This document shows, piece by piece, positions 11,701 through 22,600 of a DNA stretch of 64,000 nucleotides. The stretch lies in the NCBI GenBank assembly GCA_965235115.1, contig OZ249436.1, positions 12,464,001 through 12,528,000 of the forward strand, written 5' to 3'. Position 1 is the stretch's first letter, and each line of letters starts with the position of its first letter. Source of the stretch: Laetmonice hystrix (taxonomy: Eukaryota). The notes beneath the pieces are model-generated. The model searched no databases, was not told the DNA's origin, and worked only from the letters and a program-made list of their open reading frames with translations. The position numbers were made by a program, and so were the translations under genes.

Positions 11701-13368
11701 CTTGGGGCATGTTCTGGACCAAGTCCAAATCTCTATAGGAAGGAGGAAGCTTTCTACTTTTCTGACTAACATTCTCTTCAGTGTCATCACCAAAACCAAA
11801 GGCTGCAGGTCCTCTCCGTGAGGACTCCAGTAGTGGGTTCTTGAAAGCACCTAATGTAGCTGCCTTCTGTCTATACATCCTTTTACCATCTGGTTCATCC
11901 TCACTGTCACTGTCGTCAGATGACGACAGACCTGGTACCTTCCTCATCTGCCCGAGTCTGGGGTCTGGCACTGGTGTTGCACCATCCAGTCGTCCTGTTG
12001 TGTCCCTTTGTAGAAGTACCTGAGAAGGAAATGACATTTCTCTCATAATATGTCCAGTGACAATAAACATAAAACAATACGTTGTAATAAAAAGCCCCAT
12101 CATTTTTATGGCCAGTTTAGACTAAGCAGGGCCAGTTGACAATAAATAATATTTATCCAGTTTTTTGTGTGAAAAATTTCAATAATTTTACCCTAATATT
12201 GGTGTTCATTTCCATCAGTATTATTTGATGTAGTCATACCTTGGCACACCAACAGGCATTCACTTGACAGACCCATTTTAAGATCTAAAACTGAAATTCT
12301 TCCACCGAGCATGAAATCGATTTTTATTGAGAGTAATGCCAATGGTATTGAAATTTCTATTCCGACTTTGATTATGAATATTGGACAAATATAACATCCA
12401 CACGGTCCGGTTGTTTTCGAGCAAGACGGGTTGGTCACCATGTCAGCCATTGGCGGTGCACCGAGTGACTGGGAAATGAAAAAAGTTAGATCACACTGGA
12501 CTAGTACCAGAAACGAGTTGTTTCTCTCGCTGGCGTGAACCGCAGATGCTTGAACAGACCTGCTGAAGCGGTCCATGCTATATAGGTCGGAAATACCCGA
12601 TAAACTGAGAATTTCGCCTAAATAAGAAAACATCCAACAAAAATCAAAATACATTGATGTATTGTATCTGTTTTGACTGAGTAACAAACATCTTTAGACT
12701 TTAGTTTAGTCAAATTGGTGCAAATACTCTCAGCAAGTTTCAGCGCCAAAGACAAAGTGCTCTTTGACTCGAGTTGAGGCGATGCCGATGGTGCGCGATA
12801 GGACCGAGATAGAACCCCGGCAAGATTGCAGCCGCCGGTTTAGTAGTCTGTTTGTGTCAGTCAGTGTGTGTCACTGTCACATGGTCAGTGTCCGTGACAG
12901 TGTTGTAGTATCAAGTCAGGGGTGCGTTTCTATAAAGCCCAAATTTTGGCCAAAAGACTCTTTGAGACCCTCGCTGAACCCAAAGAGTCTTTGCGGCGAC
13001 GTGGTGTTTCTATAACACTCTATTCTTTAACACTGGTTTCGAAAAGACTCTTTTGAAAGACTCTTTGCGCAAAGACATCTTTCCTTACAGAAACGCACCC
13101 CTGTACTACTAGTACTACTACACTACTTCTAGTACTACAGTACCAGAACTTCACTCAGAAGCCGAGTAGATCCAGGCAGTAGATCTGTCATTGGCCTCTT
13201 GCCCAGGCCTATATCGCGTTAGGCCTAATACTGTCTATGGCGGCGCAGGGCAAAATTTGCCAACTCTAGAACTAGCTGCCCTCTTCACTGTCGTCACTCT
13301 AGTACCTTTTGTTGCTCGCTGTCAGACTCCGAGTCGGTTATCTCTCCGTCCTCCATGTGTGCCGCCAT
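8782..13368 (-). CDS. PHAX: Phosphorylated adapter RNA export protein (~519 aa). Coding exons 13368-13306, 12019-11068, 10814-10723, 9965-9838, 9106-8782
   Basis: Spliced translation gives N-terminal MEDGEITDSESD, central NLWGAVLTEQ and RDVESYDY, and the RNA-binding domain LQEPKVALMSRVFDVLG..ETLSIEETGGLMINDGSRRRTPGGVFFFLLR. All junctions are GT-AG with matching phases (0,1,0,2). The extreme C-terminus is less certain. Confidence 0.93.
10170..10563. mobile_element. hAT-like MITE in PHAX intron 3
   Basis: TIR CAGGGTCTCCG / CGGAGACCCTG with many internal GCCTTGAAA repeats; TSD imperfect (ATATA/CTATA). Confidence 0.7.
12917..13103. mobile_element. Harbinger-like MITE in PHAX intron 1
   Basis: TIR CAGGGGTGCGTTTCT / AGAAACGCACCCCTG with internal AAAGACTCTTT repeats. 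Confidence 0.65.
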
Positions 13369-14305
13369 TGTGATGTTTTGGGAAGGCAACAAATATTTAG
13401 GTATCACTAGGGAAAATGACATTGCCTTAGGCTTAGGCTTTGCCTCCGAGAGATCCTAAATTCTATCTTGCTGCAAGAGATCATGAATAACCGTGCGTTT
13501 GTTCGTATTTTTAGTCTGGGTAGGTTCTTATTAAGAAAACGTATTAAGAAAACGTGCTGCTAGGACGCCCTACCCCCCAAAAAAATACCGGCTCAGCCTC
13601 AGCCATTTTGGTTTGGTCATAGTTACATTTTCTTCCACCAGATGGCACGCTTAACTTACGTCTGGCCCATCTGTAGAACTGTTTCCCTGTTCTCCCTCGG
13701 GATTGGTCGAAGCATAGAACTATTCTTTTTAGAACGACATAGTGTAGGCTACTTTTTCTATGGTAGAAGACACCATGACTCAAATTACCACCTTGACACA
13801 TAGAAAGAATAGCAAGTTTTCTTTTACATCCATATTATAGTCTATATATGATCCAATATATATGCAGAGGATTCACAGAAAATAAGTTATATGGTTGATT
13901 GAAGCAAGGGCGATTTACATTACCGGCGGTAGACGTAGTGTAGGCATAGGCCTATCATGTATAGCCTACTTTTCGTTGCTATAATATAATACCTCCATAT
14001 TTTAGTAACATAGTGGAAAACTTTAGAGATAGAGAGAGACAGAGAGGGGGCAGGCCGAGGCAGGGAGGAACCCACTCTAATACATTATTTCTTTTTCTTA
14101 ATAAAAAACTAAAAAAGCTTCCAATACAGTTTCAAGACATGTACATGTTCTTTTATTTACAAAACTGGTGTATAAAGTAGCTGGTTAGCACTAAATTATT
14201 CTCCTATAACTCAACAGTCTGTGTAACTCATCAAGACAGCTTTGGAAACCACAACGTTTCCTCGGCCACCATTCTGCAAAAAAGGTACTTACAGTACCAC
14301 AAGTA

Positions 14306-16690
14306 TTATAATGGCACATTTCTCTTGGCATCATCTTCCTCCTTGGCATCATCTTCCTTATCATCATTGTCCATATACTTTTCACGGATATTTGCTATTT
14401 TGTCATATTCAAATTCGGCAGCAACTGCGTATGACATAAGTGACTGTAGGTTACGTTCTTCTGTGTCTCCAAAGATATATCCGTTTGCCTTGTCAACAGT
14501 ACGAACAACACGTAAAAGACATTCTCTGTCCTAAAACACAGACAAAATTATTTTCCATTATAATTTCTGCAATATTTTGATCCCATATAAAATGAAAACT
14601 GAATCAAAGATGTTTAGATTCTTCACCCTCAGTCCTTTATGAAAAGTAAATACCTGGGCACTTTACATAGTCATAAAGAAGTACATTTGTACTTCAGTTG
14701 TTTACTGACAAGTTAGTTAACCACCATTATAAGCAAGTAACATGATTCATTTGCAGATACAAAACTTATTGACACATTCATTGTATACCTGGATATCCAA
14801 GACTGTGAAGTTAACAAGACTGTAATCTTCTATAACACCAACCAGTGCCTCATTCAACTTGGCATACTTTGTAAAAAATGGATCCCTCTGGAACAAAGAA
14901 AGCGAGACTATTACTATTTGGGATCATGGATAATACAATGATACACAGATGCTATCAGAATATTGTATTTTACTACATTTATCAATACCATTACCTTCAA
15001 CTGTTCTGTAAGGTATGACAGGTCCAGAACATCAGTGTAGTAATCCAAATTGAAGGCCAGCTTCCCATACTTCTCTATAAGGTCAGCTTTTGACAATACA
15101 TTTACGTGAGGAAGCTCCACCTTCAAAGAAATTCAGCATTCAGTGTCACCTGTACTGGACAGTGAGGTGGCATTCAATTTTAATCAATCAACGAATGAGT
15201 ATGGACAAACAGCAATTATTCACAAAGTATGCAAATACAAAATATACGAAGTCTTTTTTTCCTGGCTGGGAACTTTAGCATTTAAATAAAATTGTTATCA
15301 TTTAAATAATATCACTTATAATGACAAATTGCTTCACTAAAGTATTTTTCTTGATGTAGCTCATGATCAGAGGCAACAAGCCTCAAGAAATTACCTCAAT
15401 GTGAGGAAAGTGATACAAAGTGTTCCTGCTTGAAAAGTTACAATTTAGGTCAAATGAAAATTTTTTAGGAAATCTTTTTTATAAAAACACAAATCAAACT
15501 AATATTTTAGACTTTAGACTTATTGCACCACAGATGTTATGGTCTGAAGGAAAAGCAAATATGTACATGTGTATTACCTGAAGCATTGTGGCTAATGAAG
15601 TCAGTAGTACAGAGATGAATTTGGAAGGGTCGCTGCAATAGTGGGAGTCCACAAGGTGTACACCAACTAACTGGAATTTCCACTTGACTAATTTTGCAAA
15701 TATATTCCGAACTGAGCTGTATAATATAAAGAAAAAATGTGTCACACATTCAACAAAGGAATCCCTACATTCAAGCATGATCTTAACTTAAGCTCTGCTT
15801 AGCCTTTTAGGACCCCTGATTGGCTGGTTGAAGCTGAGCAGCAGAGGACCAGCCAATCAGGGGTCCTAAAAGGCTAAGCAGATCATGCTAACCTTTCTGA
15901 AACCGGGCCCAGGAACCCTACGGAGGATTTTTAGCGTCTTCCTGGAGGTTGTCAGGGTTTTAAATGTTTTACTGTTTTAGGTGTACAGAGTTTTTATACT
16001 TTTTCCTCCTAGAATTAAATGCGACTGTCATATTAAGTTGAAAGAAAAAGTAGGCCTAATATGATTTCGTCCTCCAACCATGGGCAACTTTGCAGGCTGC
16101 CCATAAACCAAACAATGTAAAAGTGTGGCCTAAATGTGAAACAATTCTTCTTGAAACATAAAACAAAAATGTCAATTTTCTAAGAAGAATACTGGATGGC
16201 ATATTAGAACTGAAGAACATCATACCCATTAAAGATCTTTCTTTCTTACCTGTGATGAGTGTATAACTCCACTTGGCCAGGGCAGTCAAAGAGTATGTAA
16301 TGGTCTTTAAGTGGCTTTAACTTATCATGTAACCAGTCAAAGTTTTTCTCCAGGTATTCTAAGCAGTACAAGAGGCCACCATTGGGACCAAGCTCTAGAG
16401 AACTCATCACATCGTCCAGCGTGATTAGGTCAGAGATGTCAATAGTGCATTTGTATGGAAGTCCATCATTTGCGGGATCGAGGTTTACAACTGCAACCTA
16501 TGGGTATGAAGAAGATCATGTTTTAATCAGAATTGCTCACTTCCAGTCTAGTAAATTAAATAACTGATATAATACATGGAAAGATAACAGATCTAACCTT
16601 TCTTCCAAGGTGACTGAGGAATTCTTGCATGGCCTTACAATATGTTGTCTTGCCTGAGCCAGGAGGCCCAATTACAACCTGGCCAAACAT
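14306..16690 (-). CDS. GPN2: GPN-loop GTPase 2 (309 aa). Coding exons 16690-16598, 16497-16250, 15716-15578, 15120-14995, 14887-14789, 14530-14306
   Basis: P-loop [27 protein letters not shown] (GPN loop), [46 protein letters not shown] and VDKANGY are characteristic of the GPN2 paralogue. Exon lengths sum to 930 nt in frame. Confidence 0.96.
15794..15882. repeat. Perfect 35-bp inverted repeat with 19-nt loop (likely MITE core) in GPN2 intron
   Basis: 15794-15828 is the exact reverse complement of 15848-15882; a Harbinger-like end (TTTCTGAAACCGGGCCC) lies at ~15893-15910. Confidence 0.85.
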
Positions 16691-16794
16691 GATGACTGTT
16701 TTCGTTAGTTCAGAAAGGATCTGGAAGATTCAAGTGTATGAATTAAAGTGACTTTAATAACTTTCCAGCAAGGAGTCTTAACCCCTTTGAAATA

Positions 16795-17166
16795 CAGGGC
16801 TTGTCCTTTAAGGCGCGCAATTGCGCGCGCGCCATGGCGCACCTAAAATGGGACAGAGGAGCGCAAAAAAACGCGCACCTTGCAAAAATAAAACTTGAAA
16901 ATTCGCGCGCCTCGGACTACTTGTAATGTATATAATACTAATGTGCTTGTACCTTGGCAGTAACCATGTGCCAGGTTGATCATTAACAGAAGTCAAGACG
17001 GATAGGATGTGTGACGGTTGCGAGGATACACACTATTACACCTCATCAGACCCAAGAATAAATTGTGCGCCTACCACATTTTAGGTGCACAAAAAAAAAT
17101 GCGCGCCTACCTCTTTCAAGGTGCACAAAATTTTGTGCACCTGCTTTTTTCAAAGGACAAGCCCTG
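16795..17166. mobile_element. hAT-like MITE with 6-bp TSD in the putative GPN2 5'UTR intron
   Basis: Perfect 15-bp TIR CAGGGCTTGTCCTTT / AAAGGACAAGCCCTG, perfect GAAATA duplication, internal GCGCACCT-type repeats. Confidence 0.88.
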
Positions 17167-17739
17167 GAAATACTAACGTGAATAACAGAAATTAGGTTCT
17201 TATTTTATGAAGTATGATACTGTTGGATTAGGCCTATCTTTTCTTTGTTATAAAGACCCAGAGTGGGTATGCTAATTTGCAATTTGCAATTTGCTAATTC
17301 GCAATTCCCCCCCCCCCCAATAAAAATATCCCTGGTAATCAATTATTAATCAATGAAAATAATTATACTCTCGGCATGAGTGAATAGTAGCAATGCCAAT
17401 GCCCCCTTTCAGGCCAAATCCCCCATCTCAGAGGTTAGACCAGCCCAAGACCCCTCTACTCTAGCTTTTAACCCTAGCAATGCTAGGCCTAGGCCCTAGC
17501 TCTTTCCCTTCCCCTGGCCTGGAGGAACCTGCTGGACCGAACCTGCTGGCCTGGGCGATAATAGAGTAACAGTGAAATACAGTTTGCACATACATACCCT
17601 AGAATTTTCTAAATAAAAGGATTTACGCGGGAAACCTTTCTTCTTCAAAGATCAATAGTTATCATTCCTAGGTAACATGATTGGGCTTTGCAATTTTAAG
17701 TTGCAATATGATCACGCAGAGTCCTCGGCGACATCTTAC

Positions 17740-17840
17740 CTAAGATCTTACGCACCCCCGACTAGTTCTTCCGTTATCCCCTAGAGGGCGGAGCAAAGTA
17801 TCGCCAATAGTTATTTACTGTATCAACAGAGGGCCCCATG
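17740..17840 (-). promoter_or_regulatory. Probable GPN2 promoter and non-coding first exon
   Basis: Minus-strand donor TAG|GTAAGA at 17740/17739, matching acceptor ttccag at 16721 just upstream of the ATG, and CTCF-like CCCCTAGAGGGCGG at 17778-17791. Confidence 0.45.
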
Positions 17841-18307
17841 GTATAGGCATAGGCCTATTCCATTTTATCTCTTTATTATTATTTTTTTAAATACCCTTAG
17901 GCCTAATTTTTTTGAAGTAAGTCATTTTCAGCGAGAAGGTTTCTGACATGGGCATGTATAACCGATCTAACCGATGTATTATTAGGCTAATTAAATTTTC
18001 AATAGATTTTTTATAAAAATGTCCACTACTAATATACTATACAAGTCAATAGATTATAGGCCCCTAGTAGGCCTAGATTATATTCACCCACCGCCACCCC
18101 AAACTGCACCCCCCTCCCCCCCCCCCCCACACACACATTTAGAACTGCAGCCCCCCTACTTTCGAAACTCTTCCGCGGTCGTAGTAAAGTGGTGCCACAA
18201 CCCAGTGGCGGATCGGTTTTGCAACCCCCTTTACGAAGTACCGCGATTTTCTCTTTTTTCTTCTGCTTGAAAGGTTCAAACCAAACTTAGGCCCATAACC
18301 CCTCTTC

Positions 18308-18308
<1 letters not shown>

Positions 18309-18374
<66 letters not shown>
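18309..18374. repeat. (CAA)22 microsatellite inside a short GGCGGATC..GGATCCGCC-ended repeat (~18202-18405)
   Basis: Uninterrupted trinucleotide run read directly from the sequence. Confidence 0.95.
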
Positions 18375-19646
18375 CCCTTCCTTGCCGCAAACCTGGATCC
18401 GCCCCGGGCCGTCTAGATCTAGGCCTATAGACTCTTCTAGGCCTATAGATCTACCTTTTCAATTTTGGTATAATATTAAGGGAGCTAGGGAGGCTGGCCT
18501 TCGCGCGATTCGCTCTGTGGGCCTACTATAAATACCGCGTATCCCCACTTCAGATCTTGCCGTGAATATCGCGAACCCATATATAGAGGTCTATTACTGT
18601 ATAAACCCTATAGCATCAGTAGCCTACTGTGTATAGGCCTAATTAAATTATACCTAAATTGCTTCACGAGGATTAGGCCTAGTTTATATAGGCCTATAAT
18701 AGGTCTCCATATTAATCGGAGGGTGAAAGGGGAACACTAATCGCGGCGGCCAAATCACGTGTTGCCAGTGTAGAATGATACGGGTTTATACATGTATTGA
18801 TTTTGCTGCTTGTAGGATAGCTTGACTTAAAACATTATATATCTATATAGGCTAGGGCCTGCATTTAATTCGGGTTGGTTGAACATACCTCGAGATCGAT
18901 CTGATGATGCGATATCAAGGCAGTATTAGACCTATGACGCAGGATTAAGAATTTATCTGCAGGAAACAAACTTATTTACTTACAGAAAAGGTTTAATGTA
19001 CAATGTATATATTAGGCCTATTATCTTAATTAATGCTGCGTAATATTCTGTAAGTAATGACATGGCATACGGGTGATCCTTAGCCTAATTGGCATGCCCT
19101 TGTCGACGTTAAATTGTCTCGAGATCTATAGACCCCTATAGGCCTACATGCTTCAAAAAGATTAGGCCAGTCGTGAAGCATATAAAATTATGAACGGTTA
19201 CCCCCCGTTTCAACTCTTCTATCACAAAGCAATCATGAATATAAAGTCGGTAATGCCTATAGGCTATATAGATACCGGATGGCAAAAAGACATAGATTCT
19301 ATGCTGAGAAGTGCCCTTTTTAACCAACAGGTGCCCGTTGATTGATAAAAATATCTTTTTAATGCCACGTGCCCCTTGGAACATCGAAATGATCCCTAGA
19401 TATTTTGGCTGTGTGTGTAGGGCCTACAGCCTTGCACACCGACCTCAAACTTTACATTCCAATATCCTTGCTTTGCATTCTTGCATGCCCACTGAGCGCG
19501 GGAATTCTTACCGACGCATTAATACAAAGACAGGTGCGCCCCCTGGACGAAACATCGGGGTTGACCCCAGTCTTCGGTATCCGGGTCAACGCGCATGCTG
19601 GGATAGGTAGTGTATGTTGCAGGAATGTGGTAAGAACAGAAAGATC

Positions 19647-22600
19647 ATGGCGGCGCTGGTGGAAGGACATCAGTATGGCCTCTCGTCATTTACATCCACC
19701 AGCGCTAGCAAAGCCATCGTACATGTCAAGCTTACAGACTCAGCTCTTAAGGCCTTAGAAGAATTCCAGAAAATTAAGGTAAGTTTGGGGTTTTATGATA
19801 ACCAGAGAGACTTTTTACGACGAACATATGGTTTGACAAGCGAGCGCTCGACCCGTCGAAGAATTTCGGCTGGTGGTCGTCTCTCGTACATAAGTGCTCA
19901 GTTAGAGAGGCCTTAGTATTTATACAGCCAAGACGAGATTTTAAACAGATAATGTAAGTTGTCCTTTACATATTACTCTATCCATTTATAATGATAGAGG
20001 TATGTTTCTTTGGACTTCTTTGCCCGTCGTCACCGGTACAAAGGTTCATACAATATGGTGGATTGGGTATCGCTCCGACATCGATGCGAAAGTTGTGTGG
20101 GTTTCTTCCATTCGGTAATTTCCGCAACCACCACGACAGGATCTGCGATGCAGAGGTAAAGTTTGCCAAATAAGTTGGGCGGGTTTTCAACGTGTCCGTG
20201 AGGTAGGACTTTCGGTAATCGAACTTAGTGTGTGCTCTAACAGCTGGCCTGGAGAGAGTTACCACGAAGCGATACTAGGCCTAGCCTATATTGGGACGGG
20301 GTTCGCCAAATAAGGAACGACCAAGCAGTACCACCAGCACGAAGCGGCTCAGGTTTTCACTGAAGATATAAGCTCAGAATGTTTTAATAGGTAATGAATG
20401 GTATTACTTTAGAGTGAGATTCTAAAGGCTCCTGTCCAGGCGAATACAAATTTAAAATTGGCAACTCCAACAGATGTTAGCTAGGTCCTCCTATCTAATA
20501 ACATGGCCACTGCCTGCAGCCAGCCCTCTCCAACACTACAGTACAGTACAGACTACAGGGCCTCAGACTCAGTACAGTACTACAGGCCCGTAGGTGCATG
20601 TTGGCTGGAAAACTCCCCCCCCCCCCAATCGTTGGCGGGCCCACGGTAAAGGTAAAGAAGTGTACCTCCAGTCTACTGGGATGTGGGCCATCTCCAAACT
20701 GTAGCATATGTGCAGGAAGGGGCTAGCTCCAGGTCTTTGGCTCTCAGGAACAAATAAATGGTAAAATTGAAATGGCACATGGAGCACTTCCTAGTCTTTA
20801 TGAAAAACCGGTACGTTAACTTTATTCCTTAAAATAGTGATTCCATTCACACAAGCCACAAGAAAATATGTTGGGACAGGTATAAATGGGTGAAAGCAGG
20901 TGCTCGCTACTCGCAAAATGCGAGTGGCGAGTGCGCCGGAGAAGTACCCAAGTCGGTGCACTGGTCCGTACTAGCAAGTGCCAAAAAATTGGCAAAAACG
21001 TTAGGTAGATCTACCCTAAAAACACCTGGCCTGACTGAAATCTGCAAGGTATCTCATCTAGAAACGACAAGAGGGGAGTGGAGGAATCTCTGTCTATAGA
21101 TAAGTGACATGAGAATAATTAGGCCTACCTCTGTCTGTAAAACCTTTGGGATATTATTAAAATAATATTAAAATCAGGGGATTTAGCCCTAGATCTAGGT
21201 TGGTGTAATTAACAAATCTTCATTTATTTAAATATACATATGCATTGTTTTTTACATCAGCGACTCAAAGTCAGATATTGTAAATATCCGGCCAGTACGG
21301 ACCAGTAGCTCGTGAGGTGCACTGGTCCGTAAAAGCGAGTACTGCCCTATTCTCCGTTTTGACCCCTGCAGTTTGCAGTAAATTATTTTTAGATAAAGCC
21401 CTTTAAAAAATATTTTTTATGATTATTATTGAAGGCTAAATTTGTATTAGGCTTATGACAAAATGTGTACATGTGGTAGGCCTACATGTCCCACCCTGTC
21501 CATTTCTGAGTGGGGTGATGTGCTGGGGTGGGGGGCGCTCTGACTACCGGGCTTCTCAGCTCAAGTTTTGAAACACCTTTGAACCTCATGTTGGAAGGTT
21601 TGTCAGTTAACTGATTATATACGGTACCTACCTAATCAGTGATATTGAGATTACCCAACAGGCAACTGCTGTTGTAATTTGAATTAAATGAGCCCAATAT
21701 TATTATTGGGCTGTTCTGCAGAGATGCCACTCTTTCACTTTTTAATGGAATTCCACTTTTTCTCTCCTCCCCTCAAAAATGTTTTTTCCCCTATAAATAT
21801 TACTAATCTTCCTGCAATTCAAGTGTACCAGGACGTTCAGATATGGTTCTATGTGTAACTTATAACGTTAGGCCTATATCCAGGGTCTGCCAAATCCCCC
21901 AGAAATGTGGTTGCCCAGTGCAAGGCTCGAAATAATTTTGGGGGGATGTGGAGCAATTTTGCGATGCACTGTGTCAGTTTGAGGAGCAATTCTACCAAAT
22001 TGATTCGCAATTTTCTTAACCTGTAACCATGTCACACTAGGCTTCTGACTAACCCGGCCCCCTACTTAAGTGGAATCGCCCACCGCACAGCAACCGGGGA
22101 CAGCCCATTCCATGCTATAAGGGTTGGTGGGCCTAGCGTAGCCTTAGCAACGAGTGAGTCGGCCAGGCCGCTGTGTGCGCTCTGGCCATAGATATAGAAA
22201 CACATTATGTGTTTCCATATCTATGCTCTGGCCGGCTGTATATATATGGTATAGTCGGCCAGAGCGCACACAGCATTATGGATCCATCAGCCTGGGGCGC
22301 ACCAGCTATAGAGGGCACGTGGTAGGGTAGTGGCAGCACGCGCATTGTTTCGCAATTTTGCGATGCAATAGTTTGTTATCTATCGCAAAATGGCCAATTT
22401 GCATCGCAAACTGCGATGCGATACCGCTTATTTCGAGCCTTGCAGTGGGCAACCACAAATTCAAAAGTGGTTGCCCGACAAATAGAACTGGTTGCCTGGA
22501 ATTTTTTGGTTAAAATATGAAGAAAAGCTTTAATTCACAAAAAATAATTTGCCTCAAAAACTTGAAAAGCGTTTTCACACTCCTACTTTATGGTCGTCAT

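Noticed and set aside
12020..12103. N-terminal extension of the 369-aa ORF (MMGLFITTYC...)
   Set aside because: Intronic read-through upstream of the PHAX exon-2 acceptor; the real start exon is 13368-13306.
18139..18390. Poly-valine ORF
   Set aside because: Translation artefact of the (CAA)n microsatellite.
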